Shown here: piece after piece, positions 7,448 to 18,577 of the stretch
How positions within the stretch are numbered: the first letter of the stretch is position 1
How the letters are laid out: every line of letters begins with the position of its first letter
Source of the DNA: Candidatus Woesearchaeota archaeon
Lineage (GTDB): Archaea > Nanobdellota > Nanobdellia > Woesearchaeales > UBA10216
Assembly: GCA_016180105.1 (NCBI GenBank)
Contig: JACPBZ010000006.1
Coordinates: 1 to 58,567, forward strand
Direction: 5' to 3'
Length of the DNA stretch: 58,567 nt
Made by a program: the position numbers and the translations under genes
Notes under the pieces: model-generated
What the model saw: the letters and a program-made list of their open reading frames with translations, nothing else
What the model was told of the DNA's origin: nothing
Databases searched by the model: none

Positions 7448-8125
7448 TCATTGCTTCAAGGTTGTCTCCAAATCCCTGTCAATTACCTTCTTTATGCCTT
7501 CCTTCGTAATAGTATAGACAACGATGCCATTGCCGCTCGCTATGTCCCTCTGGATTGCAACGTTCAGGCACTTAACACAAAGGTCAACGCCTTCCTTGAC
7601 TGTCAAGTCCTTCTTGTACATAGCCTCGAGAACGCCATAAACTATGATGCTGCCAGAACCGGATGAAACATACTCGTCACATTCCATAACAGAACCGTCA
7701 ACGAAAAGGTCGTAAAGGTGGAAGCCCTCCCTATCAGAGCCCGCCAGGAGAAACTGCGTTATTCCCGGAATGAGCGAGTACTTCCTTATGTTGCCATAAA
7801 TGAGGCTTCCCAGGAGATTCGCCGCTTCCCTTGCCGTAGTGCCCCTGTCTGTCCTGACTTCCTTCAGCTTGAGCTCGGCCCGGATGAGCTTCGTAAGAAG
7901 CTGGGCATCAGAAACCGTGCCTGCTGTCGTAATTGCCAGGTTATCAGTAATCTTGAAGATTTTCTCGCTTTTCTTGTCAGCAACGAACGTGCCAGTTGTC
8001 GCCCTTTTCTCGGAAGCAAGAACTATGCCCTCCTTGCAAACAAGGCCTATTGTGGTTGTGCCGTGCTTTGTCTTCGACGTAAGCTGATCGTCCATTATCT
8101 CATCTCCCCGCTCTTTTGACATCAA
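7448..8125 (-). CDS. psmB: Proteasome subunit beta
   Basis: Propeptide followed by GTTTIGLVCKEGIVLASEKRAT, which carries the Thr nucleophile context. Confidence 0.93.
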   Translation of the reverse strand: MMSKERGDEIMDDQLTSKTKHGTTTIGLVCKEGIVLASEKRATTGTFVADKKSEKIFKITDNLAITTAGTVSDAQLLTKLIRAELKLKEVRTDRGTTAREAANLLGSLIYGNIRKYSLIPGITQFLLAGSDREGFHLYDLFVDGSVMECDEYVSSGSGSIIVYGVLEAMYKKDLTVKEGVDLCVKCLNVAIQRDIASGNGIVVYTITKEGIKKVIDRDLETTLKQ

Positions 8126-8268
8126 GCTTGGCTTAAGTTAGCTAGAACAAAAGCCTTGCAGAACATCCAAACGCTGGAACAGGCTTATGGACGCTTCTAT
8201 TTAAAGCTTTCTACTATGCCCCGCAGCACCCTCAAAACAAATTTAAAGGTGAAAAGCCAAAAAGGCAA

Positions 8269-8931
8269 GTGAAAATGCAGAAGGAAAACCTTGTTAATTC
8301 GTGGAGAAACGCGAAAATCGCGAATGAAAAAACCCTGGAGGCATTCGTGAAAGTGCCAAGGGAGCTATTCGTACTCCAGGAGCTCAGGGAAGTCGCATAC
8401 GAGGACTACCCGCTGCCCATTCTCTGCGGAAAAACAATATCACAGCCCACAACCACGATAATAATGATAAACGCGCTTGAACTTCGCGACGGGGACAGGG
8501 TGCTTGAAATAGGCACAGGCTCAGGATACCACGCCGCACTAATCGCGACAGCAATAGGCAGCAACGGCAAGGTCTACTCGCTAGAAGTCGTGCCTGAACT
8601 GGTCAGCTTTTCAAGGGACAACCTGAAACGGGCAGGCATCAAAAACGTGACCGTGATGGAGGAAGACGGCAGCCAGGGCTATCCCAAAGAGGCGCCGTTC
8701 GACAGGATAATAATCACGGCAGCCTGCCCTGAAATACCAAAACCCCTCATCGACCAGCTAAACATCGGGGGAGTATTGGTCGGGCCGGTCGGGCCAATCC
8801 ACACGCAGGAAATGGTTAAGCTGAGAAAAACAAGCCGCGGAATCGAGAAGGAAGGGCTTGGCGAATTCGTGTTCCTGCCAATGGTTGGCAAGCACGGCTT
8901 CAGGGAAGAGGAACTGGAGCAGCTCGGCTGA
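8269..8931 (+). CDS. pcm: Protein-L-isoaspartate O-methyltransferase
   Basis: ISQPTTTIIMINALELRDGDRVLEIGTGSGYHAALIA. GTG at 8269, with an alternative ATG at 8275. Confidence 0.92.
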   Translation: MKMQKENLVNSWRNAKIANEKTLEAFVKVPRELFVLQELREVAYEDYPLPILCGKTISQPTTTIIMINALELRDGDRVLEIGTGSGYHAALIATAIGSNGKVYSLEVVPELVSFSRDNLKRAGIKNVTVMEEDGSQGYPKEAPFDRIIITAACPEIPKPLIDQLNIGGVLVGPVGPIHTQEMVKLRKTSRGIEKEGLGEFVFLPMVGKHGFREEELEQLG

Positions 8932-9784
8932 TTCTCGGCGAAGTCCTGGCGTCGTGATAAAGAAACTGCTGGGCATAACCCGCGTATTCACCGAAGTAAC
9001 TTCTGGCGAATCCTGCAACAACTTTCTCACTCGGCTTCCTGCCTGCTGCAAAAGAGTTGATTTCACTGCCATAGTTGCCGAGCATTGCCCTCTGAATCCA
9101 GACATCAACAGGGAAAGCCTCAAGGAACCCGTATGAGAACAGGAGAATGCAGTCTGCGACCTTCTCGCCAACGCCGGGCAGCCGCATCATCTTCTCCTTG
9201 GCTTCGGCATAACTTAGTTTTCTCATTTGCGGCAGCGAATATTCGTAGTTGCCACTGCCGAAAACTTTCGCTGTTTCAAAAAGGTATTTTGCGCGGTAGC
9301 CGAGACCGCACTTCTTCAGCTTGCTGAAATTGCTGATTTGCTGCGGCTGCGGAAATGAAAAATCCCTGATGCCATCAAATTCAATGCTGTCACCGAATGC
9401 TGCGGCGACTTTCCCGATGCACTGCCTGATGCGGGGAATGTTCGAGAAAGACGATATTATGAAGGATGCAGTGCACTCCCAGGGAGACTGCTGCAAAATG
9501 CGCAGGCCGTAGTGCCGGTTAATTGCCGCGGTGATTTTTTCGTCCTTGCTAATTGACTTTATCAATTCACCGTAGCTGTGGTTCAACCCAAAAAAAGTTG
9601 CAACGCCAAAATCGCTGTTGCTGCAGTCGTATTGAAGCTTATCGCCTTCCTGCCTGAGCCTCGCTACTGAATCCCCTGCAATTACCGCGTAAAATCCGCT
9701 GCGGCTGTCATAACTGTGGCGAAAAAGCTGGCCGGACTCAATTGTTGCCTTGAGGTTAAAGTCTGAAGCATTGATAATTCCCAT
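8900..9784 (-). CDS. ogg: 8-oxoguanine DNA glycosylase / AP lyase (Ogg, HhH-GPD family)
   Basis: HhH-GPD motif LPGVGEKVADCILLFSYG followed by PVDVWIQRA. 32-nt convergent overlap with pcm. Confidence 0.8.
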   Translation of the reverse strand: MGIINASDFNLKATIESGQLFRHSYDSRSGFYAVIAGDSVARLRQEGDKLQYDCSNSDFGVATFFGLNHSYGELIKSISKDEKITAAINRHYGLRILQQSPWECTASFIISSFSNIPRIRQCIGKVAAAFGDSIEFDGIRDFSFPQPQQISNFSKLKKCGLGYRAKYLFETAKVFGSGNYEYSLPQMRKLSYAEAKEKMMRLPGVGEKVADCILLFSYGFLEAFPVDVWIQRAMLGNYGSEINSFAAGRKPSEKVVAGFARSYFGEYAGYAQQFLYHDARTSPRISRAAPVPLP

Positions 9785-9824
9785 AATGCTGCCAAAGAAA
9801 AGACAAAAATAAAAACTTTATCGC

Positions 9825-10940
9825 TCAAAAAATCCTTCCGAAAACGCCCTTGCCGCTTTTTTCCTCTTCCTTCGCGAATTCCCTGAGGAGCTCCTGCTGC
9901 CTCCTTGAGAGCTTTTCCGGAACGGCCACGATGACTTTCACGTTTTCCGCGCCTTTTTCACCGGTATCCACATCAGGAATGCCCTTGCCCGCCATCCTGA
10001 ACACAGTATTGGTTTGTGTGCCTGCAGGAATCTTCAACTGCGCGGCGCCTTCCAAGGTGGGAACCTCAATCTCGCCGCCAAGAGCCGCTGCCACAAACGA
10101 AACAGGGACGTCAGCAAAAATGTCATTTCCTCTCCGGTCAAAAATCCTGTGAGGACTGACACGAATAAGAAGGTAAAGGTCGCCTGACTGGGAGCCGTGC
10201 TCACCCGCCTCGCCCTCGCCTGAAACCCTCAGCCGGTGGCCATTGTCAACACCGGCGGGAATTTTCACCTCAATCTTCCTGACCTTCTCAACCCTGCCCT
10301 TGCCGTGACACGACTTGCAAGGATTGGAAATGAACTTGCCTGTTCCCCTGCACTTGCCACAGTGTGAAGTTGTAGTGAAAGTGCCAAAAGCAATCCTCTG
10401 AGTCCTCCTAACAAAACCGCTGCCGCCGCAGTCCGGGCACTCCCTGATGCTGTCGCTTGACTCAGCGCCGGAGCCGTTGCAGTCAGCACAGCGCTCAAGC
10501 CTTGGAAGGGTTACGGTGCGGTGAACTCCGGTTGCGGCTTCCTCAAGGGATACCTCAACCTCATAGGCCAGATCAGAACCCTTCCTGGAGCGCCTTCTCT
10601 CCTGACGAGAATGCCCGAAGCCAAAGCCGCCCCCAAAGAACCTCTCAAAAAGCTCATCAATGTCAAGGTTCTCAAAGCCTGAAAAGTCGGTGTAGCCAAA
10701 CCCGCCAGCCCCGGGCGAAAAGCCCTCGCCAGTAGCTCCATACTGGTCATACATTGCCTTCTTTTTCTCATCACCGAGAATCGAGGCTGCCTCATTGATT
10801 TCCTTGAACTTCTCTGCAGCGTCAGGATTCTTGTTCAGGTCAGGATGGTGCTTCTTGGCAAGCCTCCGGTAAGCCTTCTTTATTTCATCAACGGACGCTG
10901 TCCTTGGAACGCCAAGAACCTCATAGTAGTCCTTTGCCAT
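9825..10940 (-). CDS. dnaJ: Chaperone DnaJ
   Basis: J domain with HPD, a G/F region, and four CxxCxGxG zinc motifs. Confidence 0.96.
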   Translation of the reverse strand: MAKDYYEVLGVPRTASVDEIKKAYRRLAKKHHPDLNKNPDAAEKFKEINEAASILGDEKKKAMYDQYGATGEGFSPGAGGFGYTDFSGFENLDIDELFERFFGGGFGFGHSRQERRRSRKGSDLAYEVEVSLEEAATGVHRTVTLPRLERCADCNGSGAESSDSIRECPDCGGSGFVRRTQRIAFGTFTTTSHCGKCRGTGKFISNPCKSCHGKGRVEKVRKIEVKIPAGVDNGHRLRVSGEGEAGEHGSQSGDLYLLIRVSPHRIFDRRGNDIFADVPVSFVAAALGGEIEVPTLEGAAQLKIPAGTQTNTVFRMAGKGIPDVDTGEKGAENVKVIVAVPEKLSRRQQELLREFAKEEEKSGKGVFGRIF

Positions 10941-10942
10941 TT

Positions 10943-11569
10943 TCAGAAGGAAACCCCCAATTTCCTTAAATCGGTTTCTAATTTGGCGACCGAAGTGAAC
11001 TGAATGCCCTTCATCCCCAATTTGGTGGCGACTTCGGCATACTCCCTGACATCATCGATGTAAACACATTCGGATGGCTCCAGGCCAAGCTGGCGCAGAA
11101 CTTCCCTGTAAAGGCCCGGCTCAGGCTTACGCGAGTGCACCTCATAAGACAAAGAAACCGCCTTGAAAAGGCCAACCACATCCTTAAGAATCTCAACGCA
11201 TTTTGCGTAATTGAGAATGTTATTGTTTGACAAAATTCCAATATCATATCTCCGGCTTAACTTTCTAAGCAAGGCAATAGTCTCAGGCTTGCCAGTAAGC
11301 CTGCCGGAATAAATAAGGTCAAAGCCCTTAAGATTCAAGCCTTCGAGCTTAAGAAGCCGCTTCATCTGCATAAAGAACTCCTCTGGGAAAACAGTGCCCT
11401 GGCTGAACCCAAACTCGTGCTCCATCACAACTGTGTCAGAAAAATACTTCCCTATCTCAGCTTCAGACAGGGACGAATGCCTGGCAAGGTTCTTAACCAG
11501 GTATTCCTTGTTTACATTAATAAGAACGCCGCCAAGGTCAAATATTATTGCTTTGATTTTGCTAACCAT
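10943..11569 (-). CDS. HAD-superfamily hydrolase
   Basis: [10 protein letters not shown] motif I and a late YIDD motif. Sits between dnaK and dnaJ. Confidence 0.75.
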   Translation of the reverse strand: MVSKIKAIIFDLGGVLINVNKEYLVKNLARHSSLSEAEIGKYFSDTVVMEHEFGFSQGTVFPEEFFMQMKRLLKLEGLNLKGFDLIYSGRLTGKPETIALLRKLSRRYDIGILSNNNILNYAKCVEILKDVVGLFKAVSLSYEVHSRKPEPGLYREVLRQLGLEPSECVYIDDVREYAEVATKLGMKGIQFTSVAKLETDLRKLGVSF

Positions 11570-11588
11570 TCGAGGCCACCAGATAAAA

Positions 11589-12164
11589 CTACATTATATA
11601 GTTAGTGTTGCTCCTGTCAATTCCTGAAACGAATTCAATGCCTTCAGGCGATGGGAGCAGCCCGCGACGGCTGGCAATTGCGCTAATCCTGACAACCTTC
11701 CTCATCGCGTCATTTATCGTTGCAAGCTTTGTCACGTCGTGGCCAAGGCCAAACTCATTGGCAGCAAGCGCGGCCACGATCTGCCTGTTCTCCACCTCAT
11801 CGTAAAAGCCGCAGCTGTGAAGGTACTCGTGAAGCAGAATGTAAAAGCAGTATGAGTTGTGAAGCTTCTGGTTGCCGAGCCTCACAAGGCCGTCCACAAT
11901 CGTGCGGTTCATCACTATGGTATTCGCTTCAGGCGAGTAAAAGGCGCCAAGGACAGAATCCTGCCCAATGCCAAGCTCAGCAAGGCCAACCATAAGGCCA
12001 GCCTGCTCAACGCGGATTGCCTTCCACACTGCCTCCTTCACAAGCTCAAATATTTCCTGAATGCCGTTTGCGCGAGCGAGCCTTGCGGAAAGGGATGCAG
12101 CATCAGCTTCTTCGCCGGCAGGAAACTCATTTCCTTCCTTTCTTCTTTCCATCAGCATCACCAC
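11589..12164 (-). CDS. Hypothetical protein with an HExxH zinc-metallopeptidase-like motif
   Basis: [13 protein letters not shown] preceded by [14 protein letters not shown], an arrangement resembling ImmA/IrrE. Overlaps the dnaK 3' end by up to 38 nt; internal Met starts lie at 12158 and 12152. Confidence 0.45.
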   Translation of the reverse strand: MVMLMERRKEGNEFPAGEEADAASLSARLARANGIQEIFELVKEAVWKAIRVEQAGLMVGLAELGIGQDSVLGAFYSPEANTIVMNRTIVDGLVRLGNQKLHNSYCFYILLHEYLHSCGFYDEVENRQIVAALAANEFGLGHDVTKLATINDAMRKVVRISAIASRRGLLPSPEGIEFVSGIDRSNTNYIM

Positions 12165-14034
12165 CTTTTACTTCATACTCGGCATCAACAACCTTTTCCT
12201 TTTTACCAGCAGAGGACTGCGCCTCTTCGCCGCCACTGCCGCCATCGCCGCTGCCGCCGGCCGCTGACTGCTGGGCTTTCTGGTAAAGCTCAGTTGAAGC
12301 CTCCTGAACGATTTTTGTCAGCTCGTCCGCTTTTTCCTTAATCCTTGCAGCATCCCTGGAAGCCTCCTTAAGCAAAGCCTTGAGTTCCTCGGCTGCGGCC
12401 TTGATTTTCCCGGCCTTGTCAGAAGGCAACTTGTCTTTCAGGTCAGACAGCATTTTCTCAGTCGTGTAAACAAGCGTGTCTGCCTGGTTTACCGTCTCAG
12501 CCTCGTCCTTGCGCTTTCTGTCCTCCTCTGCAAAGTTCTCTGCTTCTGAACGCATACGCTCAAGCTCCTTCTCATCAAGCTTCTGGCTCGCGGTAATGCG
12601 AATGCTCTGCTGCTTGCCAGTGCCAAGGTCCTTTGCGGTAACGTGCACTATGCCATTTGCGTCAATGTCAAAGGTGACCTCAACCTGCGGAACTCCCCTA
12701 GGAGCTGGTGGAATGCCAACAAGGTCAAAATTGCCAAGAAGCTTGTTGTCAGCAGCCATGGCACGATCGCCCTGGAAAACCCTGATCGAAACAGCAGTCT
12801 GGTTGTCAGCAGCCGTGCTGAAAACCTGGCTCTTCTTTGTGGGAATGGTCGTGTTGCGCTCAATGAGCTTGGTGAAAACACCGCCAAGCGTCTCAATGCC
12901 CAGGCTCAAGGGGGTAACATCGAGCAGGAGAATGTCCTTCACTTCGCCCGCAAGTATGCCAGCCTGGACTGCTGCACCCATGGCAACACACTCCATCGGG
13001 TCAATGCCGCGCTCGACCTTCTTGCCGGCAAAGCCCTCAACAAAGCGCTGCACGACAGGCATCCTGGTCGGGCCGCCAACAAGGATTACTTTTTCTATGT
13101 CTGCGACAGAAAGCTTTGCATCAGTAATTGCCCTCTCCATTGGAGCCTTGCAACGCTCGACAATGGGCTGGATCAAGGACTCAAGCTTCGCCCTCGTGAG
13201 CTTAAACATAAAATGCTTAGGTCCCTCATTAGTCGCGGTAAGGAAAGGAAGATTGATTTCAGACTCCAACGTTGTTGAAAGCTCAATCTTTGCCTTCTCG
13301 GCAGCCTCGGAAAGCCTCTGCATTGCAGTCCTGTCCCTGGAAATGTCAATGCCTTCTGCCCGCTTGAATTCCGAGACAAGAAAGTCCACAAGCGCGCGGT
13401 CCATATCAGTTCCGCCAAGCTGGGTGTCACCTGAAGTCGACTTGACTTCAAAAACACCCTCATCGCCCATCTCCATTATTGTAACATCAAGAGTCCCGCC
13501 ACCAAGGTCAAAGACCATTATGTGCATGCTCTTCCCAGTCTTGTCAAAGCCGTAAGCAAAAGCCGCTGCAGTAGGCTCATTCACGAGCCTCACAACCTCC
13601 AACCCGGCAATCGCTCCCGCGTCCTTGGTCGCCTGCCTCTGGTTGTCATCAAAGTAAGCAGGCACGGTAATCACTGCCTTCTCAACCTTCTCGCCAAGAA
13701 ATTCCTCAGCATCCCGCTTAATCTTTTGGAGAATAAATGCGGAAACCTGCTGCGGAGTGTACTCCTTGCCAGAAACCTTGTACTTGTGGGCAGTGCCCAT
13801 CTTCCTCTTCGCGGCAAAAACCGTGCCTTCAGGATTGCTCACAGCCTGCCTCTTTGCAGGCTCGCCAACGAGCATCTGCCCGTCCTTTGCAAACGCAACC
13901 ACGCTTGGGAACGCCTTGCCGTAAAGGGAAGCGCCCTCAGCGCTCGGAATTATTTTCGGCTTGCCAGCTTCCATATATGCAGCTGCCGAGTTAGATGTGC
14001 CGAGATCAATACCGATTATCTTTGCCATTTTCAT
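12127..14034 (-). CDS. dnaK: Chaperone DnaK (Hsp70)
   Basis: [11 protein letters not shown] and DLGGGTLDV motifs. Full-length 635 aa. Confidence 0.98.
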   Translation of the reverse strand: MKMAKIIGIDLGTSNSAAAYMEAGKPKIIPSAEGASLYGKAFPSVVAFAKDGQMLVGEPAKRQAVSNPEGTVFAAKRKMGTAHKYKVSGKEYTPQQVSAFILQKIKRDAEEFLGEKVEKAVITVPAYFDDNQRQATKDAGAIAGLEVVRLVNEPTAAAFAYGFDKTGKSMHIMVFDLGGGTLDVTIMEMGDEGVFEVKSTSGDTQLGGTDMDRALVDFLVSEFKRAEGIDISRDRTAMQRLSEAAEKAKIELSTTLESEINLPFLTATNEGPKHFMFKLTRAKLESLIQPIVERCKAPMERAITDAKLSVADIEKVILVGGPTRMPVVQRFVEGFAGKKVERGIDPMECVAMGAAVQAGILAGEVKDILLLDVTPLSLGIETLGGVFTKLIERNTTIPTKKSQVFSTAADNQTAVSIRVFQGDRAMAADNKLLGNFDLVGIPPAPRGVPQVEVTFDIDANGIVHVTAKDLGTGKQQSIRITASQKLDEKELERMRSEAENFAEEDRKRKDEAETVNQADTLVYTTEKMLSDLKDKLPSDKAGKIKAAAEELKALLKEASRDAARIKEKADELTKIVQEASTELYQKAQQSAAGGSGDGGSGGEEAQSSAGKKEKVVDAEYEVKGGDADGKKKGRK

Positions 14035-14531
14035 TTACCTCCAACGTTTGATACCCTGTAAACCTTAACCTTGCTAAAACGCAAGACAAGCTCATTAAAC
14101 AGGTAGCCTTTCTGGAATTCCTCAGCCACGATGCCATCCTGCTTCTCATCCGATGTTTCCTGCTGAAGCAAAACCTCGTGCCTGTAAGGATCAAGCTTTT
14201 CTCCCACCGCCTTGATGGGCCTAAGGCCCTGGGACTCCAGCACAGAGTAAAACTGGGCGTAAATCATCTCCAGGCCCTTCACGAGCTTTGCATCACTGCT
14301 GCCACCAATCGCCTTGAGTGCAAGCTCAAAGCTGTCCACTATGGGAAGCAAGCCCTTCACAAGCTCAGCACAGGCAACTTGGCGAAACTGCAGCTTCTCC
14401 TTCTCAACGCGCTTCTTGTAATTCTCAAACTCTGCCTGAAGGCGCTGAATGGAATCCTTGTAGTCAGCGAGCTGCTTTCTTAGCTGCCCATCTTCGGCCT
14501 CTACCTTGCTGCCTTCTTTCTGCTTGTCCAT
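14031..14531 (-). CDS. grpE: Nucleotide exchange factor GrpE
   Basis: Coiled-coil N-terminus plus a GrpE C-terminal domain. ATGA overlap with dnaK. Confidence 0.9.
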   Translation of the reverse strand: MDKQKEGSKVEAEDGQLRKQLADYKDSIQRLQAEFENYKKRVEKEKLQFRQVACAELVKGLLPIVDSFELALKAIGGSSDAKLVKGLEMIYAQFYSVLESQGLRPIKAVGEKLDPYRHEVLLQQETSDEKQDGIVAEEFQKGYLFNELVLRFSKVKVYRVSNVGGK

Positions 14532-14568
14532 AAGTCACCGTCTCAAGACCGTTTTATTGAATCGACTT

Positions 14569-14591
14569 CTGTTGATTTAAGGTCAACAGAG
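14569..14591. promoter_or_regulatory. 8-bp inverted repeat TCTGTTGA-N7-TCAACAGA centred on a TTAAAT TATA-like element upstream of grpE
   Basis: Read directly. On the grpE strand the spacer is CCTTAAA, about 45 nt upstream of the grpE ATG. A divergent wHTH regulator gene lies next to it. Confidence 0.5.
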
Positions 14592-14681
14592 AGAAAGGGT
14601 TATATTTAAAGATTTCGCTACTGCAGCGCAGCAATTAACCCACAATTTTATATATCCTCATCACCAAAAGCTAAAAACAAG

Positions 14682-15089
14682 ATGATATTCCGAGAGCAGA
14701 GAATAACCATAATAAGGATAGCCCGGCCAAGGCTGGGCAACGTCAATGACGAGCTAAAGTGGCTCGGCCACTCCCTGGGACTGTTCAACGAACGGGACAA
14801 GGAAAGCTCCCTTTACAGACTATTTGTCGAGCTCATAAAAAGCAACAGGGCAGGAAACGCCATCACGAGCGAGGAATTAGCGCAAAGGCTTCACCTCACA
14901 AGGGGGACAGTAGTCCATCACCTGAACAAGCTGCTCGAATCCGGCATCGTGGTTTCTGACAGGAACAGGTACGCGCTAAGGGTAAGGAACCTGGAAGTGC
15001 TCATCGATGAGCTAAGGAAGGACATAAGAAGGACGCTTGATGACTTAAGGGAGATAGCAAGGCAGATTGATGAAGAATTAAGATTATGA
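14682..15089 (+). CDS. wHTH transcriptional regulator (ArsR/TrmB-like), divergent from grpE
   Basis: ITSEELAQRLHLTRGTVVHHLNKLLESGIVV is an HTH with a wing. C-terminal coiled coil. Confidence 0.7.
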   Translation: MIFREQRITIIRIARPRLGNVNDELKWLGHSLGLFNERDKESSLYRLFVELIKSNRAGNAITSEELAQRLHLTRGTVVHHLNKLLESGIVVSDRNRYALRVRNLEVLIDELRKDIRRTLDDLREIARQIDEELRL

Positions 15090-15182
15090 CACGAAAGAAG
15101 AAACGCAACTTGGTGAAACACAGCTTTGATTTCAGGTCTGGGTAAAAACTGAGACAAAAAATCATTGTTGCCAAAAATAACT

Positions 15183-15629
15183 TCAGAAAGTCTCTTCCTG
15201 CGCTGCGGCTGCTTCCTGCATTTCAGGCTGGACAGCCTGGGCACCTGCCCTTGCCCTGTAAATCTGGGCAAACGCCGGGGTTGCAATGATATAGTCATCG
15301 CCAAAGCCGGCCAAGTCACCGGAAATCGCGTCCGTGGTCTTCTTCAGCTTGCTAATGGCGCGCTTCAATTCAATTATGTCCTTGTCCTTCAGCGGCCTTA
15401 TGTTCACAACGGCAATCGTGCCGCCATCGCGAAGCGAATCAACAATCAGCTTGATGTCCTGAAAGCTTTCCATCACAAAAGGCCTGACCGTAACCTTGCC
15501 CCTGTGCTCTGTAGCGGAAGTGTCAAGCTCAACGTATTCCTTTTCGCCGCCCTGCTCAATTGCCTCGGGCTCCTTGCCGCCCATCATTCCTGTTATTCTC
15601 GCCTTAACATTCGAAAGAAAATCAGCCAT
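15183..15629 (-). CDS. sepF: Cell division protein SepF (archaeal)
   Basis: N-terminal amphipathic MADFLSNVKARI. Core VRPFVMESFQDIKLIVDSLRDGGTIAVVNIRPL...ISGDLAGFGDDYIIATP matches the SepF/DUF552 pattern. Confidence 0.8.
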   Translation of the reverse strand: MADFLSNVKARITGMMGGKEPEAIEQGGEKEYVELDTSATEHRGKVTVRPFVMESFQDIKLIVDSLRDGGTIAVVNIRPLKDKDIIELKRAISKLKKTTDAISGDLAGFGDDYIIATPAFAQIYRARAGAQAVQPEMQEAAAAQEETF

Positions 15630-15762
15630 TTCAATTCATCCCTCAACCCACTTTAACCTGATTAACTAAAAAAAATTTCAATCAGTTTTACCGACATAGC
15701 ACCTATTTAAAGTTTGTGTTTTCTCGTGCGAAATTGTCATCCGAAGCAGTGGTGACTTCAAA

Positions 15763-16491
15763 ATGATTAAGTTTTTAATGAACGCCCACAAAAACAGCCA
15801 AATGCAAGAACCAAGACCACTTGTCATAGTCAACTTCAAGACATACAGGGAAGCAACAGGCAGCAACTCGGTGAAACTTGCAAAGGCCTGCGAAGCTGCT
15901 GCGAAAAAAGTGAAAGGAAAAGCAAAAATAGCAGTTGCAGTGCAGGCAACCGATGTATCAAGAGTGGCTTCTGCTGTCGACACGAAGCTCATTTCTGTTT
16001 TCGCGCAGCACATTGACGCAAACGGCCAAGGAAAATCAACAGGGTTTGTGACTGCAGAAGCGGTGAAAGAAGCTGGCGCTGTCGGGACGCTCCTGAACCA
16101 CGCAGAACACAAGATCACGGACATTGCAAAAAGGATTGAAATTGCCAAAAATGCGGGATTGATAGTTGTTGTTTGCGCAGCCAACCTTGCAGAGGCAAAA
16201 TCAGCAGCGGCAATGACGCTTCCGCCAGACTACATCGCTGTGGAGCCGCCTGAGCTCATTGGAGGAAAGGTCTCGGTGTCCAAGGCCAAGCCTGAACTAA
16301 TCGCAGATGCCGTGGCTGAAATCAAAAAAGCCAACAGCAGAATAGCGGTCTTGTGCGGCGCTGGCATTGGCAGCAGCGAGGACGTCAGAAAGGCCCTCGA
16401 ACTGGGCACTGAAGGGGTTCTTTTGGCGAGTTCTGTGGTGCTGGCAAGGGAGCCTGAGAGCGCCCTTGCCGAACTGATAAAAGGAATTTGA
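15763..16491 (+). CDS. tpiA: Triosephosphate isomerase (archaeal short type)
   Basis: LVIVNFKTYREATG and LLNHAEHK. The likely true start is ATG 15802 (MQEPRP...). Confidence 0.88.
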   Translation: MIKFLMNAHKNSQMQEPRPLVIVNFKTYREATGSNSVKLAKACEAAAKKVKGKAKIAVAVQATDVSRVASAVDTKLISVFAQHIDANGQGKSTGFVTAEAVKEAGAVGTLLNHAEHKITDIAKRIEIAKNAGLIVVVCAANLAEAKSAAAMTLPPDYIAVEPPELIGGKVSVSKAKPELIADAVAEIKKANSRIAVLCGAGIGSSEDVRKALELGTEGVLLASSVVLAREPESALAELIKGI

Positions 16492-16565
16492 AAGTTCTTA
16501 ACGCGTTATCGTGAAAAAGCAATTACAGCAAAAACATTAAATGGTAATAAGCAAGTATAGTAAAT

Positions 16566-16787
16566 ATGGCACATAAAGCAAATATAACTTTAAGCATTCC
16601 AAAGGAGTTGTACGACCAGATGAAAAAGCATCCCGATGTTAAGTGGAGTGAGGCGGCAAGAGAAGGCCTTTGGCGCAAAATCACAGAAGTGGGCGGCATA
16701 ATCAGCGGCAAGGAGCTAATTAAAATGTTGCCTCCTCATGCGAAGGCTGCATTGGAGAGAATACTGCCGAAAAATGAAAGAGAGTGA
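16566..16787 (+). CDS. Small antitoxin-like protein (VapB/RHH-like)
   Basis: ITLSIPKELYDQMKKHPDVKWSEAAREGL. Lies directly upstream of, and overlaps, a PIN gene. Confidence 0.6.
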   Translation: MAHKANITLSIPKELYDQMKKHPDVKWSEAAREGLWRKITEVGGIISGKELIKMLPPHAKAALERILPKNERE

Positions 16788-17100
16788 AAAAAAGACGACT
16801 CAAATCCTTGACACAAGCATCATTCCTGAAAAAGAGCACGGCATAACCACGCTATTCAGCATAATTGAATACCCACCTGCGTTAGAGACTTGCCAGATAG
16901 TTCTACCGGACAGCAATGACTTTACAAAAACGATAGACATCTCCAAAAAGCTGAGAAAAATCGGAAAGCCAATCGGAACAGTTGATATCCTGATAGCCAG
17001 CACGTGCATAAACAAGGGATTTGAGCTTGTCACGAAAGACTCAGACTACGAAAATGTCAAGGCAGTAGAGCCAGAATTCAGGCTGAAAATACGGCGCTAA
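16774..17100 (+). CDS. PIN-domain toxin (VapC-like)
   Basis: QILDTSII near the N-terminus and LVTKDSDYENV near the C-terminus. ATG 16774 is preferred over the track start at 16738. Confidence 0.75.
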   Translation: MKESEKKTTQILDTSIIPEKEHGITTLFSIIEYPPALETCQIVLPDSNDFTKTIDISKKLRKIGKPIGTVDILIASTCINKGFELVTKDSDYENVKAVEPEFRLKIRR

Positions 17101-17226
17101 AGCTTCAATGGTTCACCACAAACTTTAAATATGACCCGAGAATCCTCAACGTCGCGAATTTAACGACTTTTAGGCGGATTTCGCAGTTTCAAGCTAAAAA
17201 TAAACATTAAACGGAGGAATCTGAAA

Positions 17227-18552
17227 ATGGCTAAGACAAAAGAACACATGAACCTCATATTTATCGGTCACGTAGACCACGGCAAGTCAACCACAGTTGG
17301 CAGACTGCTCTACGACACAGGAAACATAGACGAGCAGTCAATGAGGAAGCTCCAGGACAGGGCAAAGGAAGTAGGCAAGCCAGGATTTGAATTTGCCTTC
17401 GCAATGGACACCCTCGAGGAAGAGCAGAAGAGAGGCGTCACCATTGATTTGTCTCACAAAAGATTTGAAACTGAAAAATACTACTTCACCATCATAGATG
17501 CGCCGGGCCACAGGGACTTCATCAAGAACATGATAACAGGAACAAGCCAGGCCGACGCGGCAGTCATAGTCGTCTCGGCAAACAGGGGCGAGGCAGAAGC
17601 AGGCCTCAAGAGGCCTGACGACGCAGGCGCAGGCGGACAGGCCTACGAGCACATCTTCCTCTCAAGAACACTCGGAGTCCAGCAGCTTGTCGTTGCAATC
17701 AACAAGATGGATATGGTCCAGTACGACCAGAAAAGATTCGAGGAAGTCAAGAACAACGCCTCACAAATTCTCAAGGCAGTTGGATACGACGTCACGAAGA
17801 TACAGTTCGTTCCAACGGCATCATACATTGGAGAGAACCTGACCAAGAAGTCAGACAAGATGCCCTGGTACACAGGCCCATTCCTGCTCGAGGCAATGAA
17901 CAGCCTCAAGGCGCCAGAGAAGCCAACACAGCTCCCTCTCAGGCTGCCCATACAAGATGTTTACGACATCAAGGGAATAGGCGCAGTTCCTGTCGGAAGG
18001 GTTGAAACTGGCGTAATGAAGGTTAACGACAAGATAATTGCCGTGCCCGCAAGGGAAGGAAAGGGCGTCACTGGCGAAGTCAAGAGCATAGAAATGCACC
18101 ACGAATCACTGCAGCAGGCAGAACCAGGAGACAACGTGGGATTCTCAGTAAGGGGCATGAACAAGCAGGACATAACCAGGGGAGACGTCATAGGGCACGT
18201 CACCAACCCACCCACAGTGGCCAAGGAGTTCACCGCGCGAATAGTCGTGCTGAACCACCCCAACGTGCTTACTGTCGGCTACACGCCAGTGTTCCACATA
18301 CACACAGCGCAGATAGCCTGCAAGATAACAGAACTCGTGAAGCAAATTAACCCAGCAACTGGCGAAACCCTTAAGGACAAGCCTGACTTCCTCAAGAACG
18401 GGGAAGTTGCAATCGTCAAGGTCCAGCCAACAGGCGGACAAGGCCTGGTCATTGAGAAGCAGGCAGAGATACCCCAGCTGGCAAGGTTCGCAATCAGGGA
18501 CTCAGGAAGCACAGTGGCAGCAGGCCAGTGCATAGATGTCGTGAAGAAGTAA
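17227..18552 (+). CDS. tuf: Translation elongation factor aEF-1alpha
   Basis: [17 protein letters not shown] and NKMD motifs. Has an extra segment [11 protein letters not shown] before the QAYEH position. Confidence 0.97.
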   Translation: MAKTKEHMNLIFIGHVDHGKSTTVGRLLYDTGNIDEQSMRKLQDRAKEVGKPGFEFAFAMDTLEEEQKRGVTIDLSHKRFETEKYYFTIIDAPGHRDFIKNMITGTSQADAAVIVVSANRGEAEAGLKRPDDAGAGGQAYEHIFLSRTLGVQQLVVAINKMDMVQYDQKRFEEVKNNASQILKAVGYDVTKIQFVPTASYIGENLTKKSDKMPWYTGPFLLEAMNSLKAPEKPTQLPLRLPIQDVYDIKGIGAVPVGRVETGVMKVNDKIIAVPAREGKGVTGEVKSIEMHHESLQQAEPGDNVGFSVRGMNKQDITRGDVIGHVTNPPTVAKEFTARIVVLNHPNVLTVGYTPVFHIHTAQIACKITELVKQINPATGETLKDKPDFLKNGEVAIVKVQPTGGQGLVIEKQAEIPQLARFAIRDSGSTVAAGQCIDVVKK

Positions 18553-18577
18553 TTTCTTCACTTTTTTCTTATTTTCC
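18553..18577 (+). terminator. Oligo-T tracts after tuf
   Basis: TTTCTTCACTTTTTTCTTATTTTCC follows the stop directly. Archaeal terminators are oligo-T runs. Confidence 0.5.

Noticed and set aside
12476-13555. 359-aa plus-strand ORF, plus 12643-13278 (211 aa)
   Set aside because: These lie antisense to dnaK. Their translations are S/P/R-rich low-complexity sequence, while the opposite strand encodes a full-length, motif-perfect Hsp70. They are shadow ORFs.
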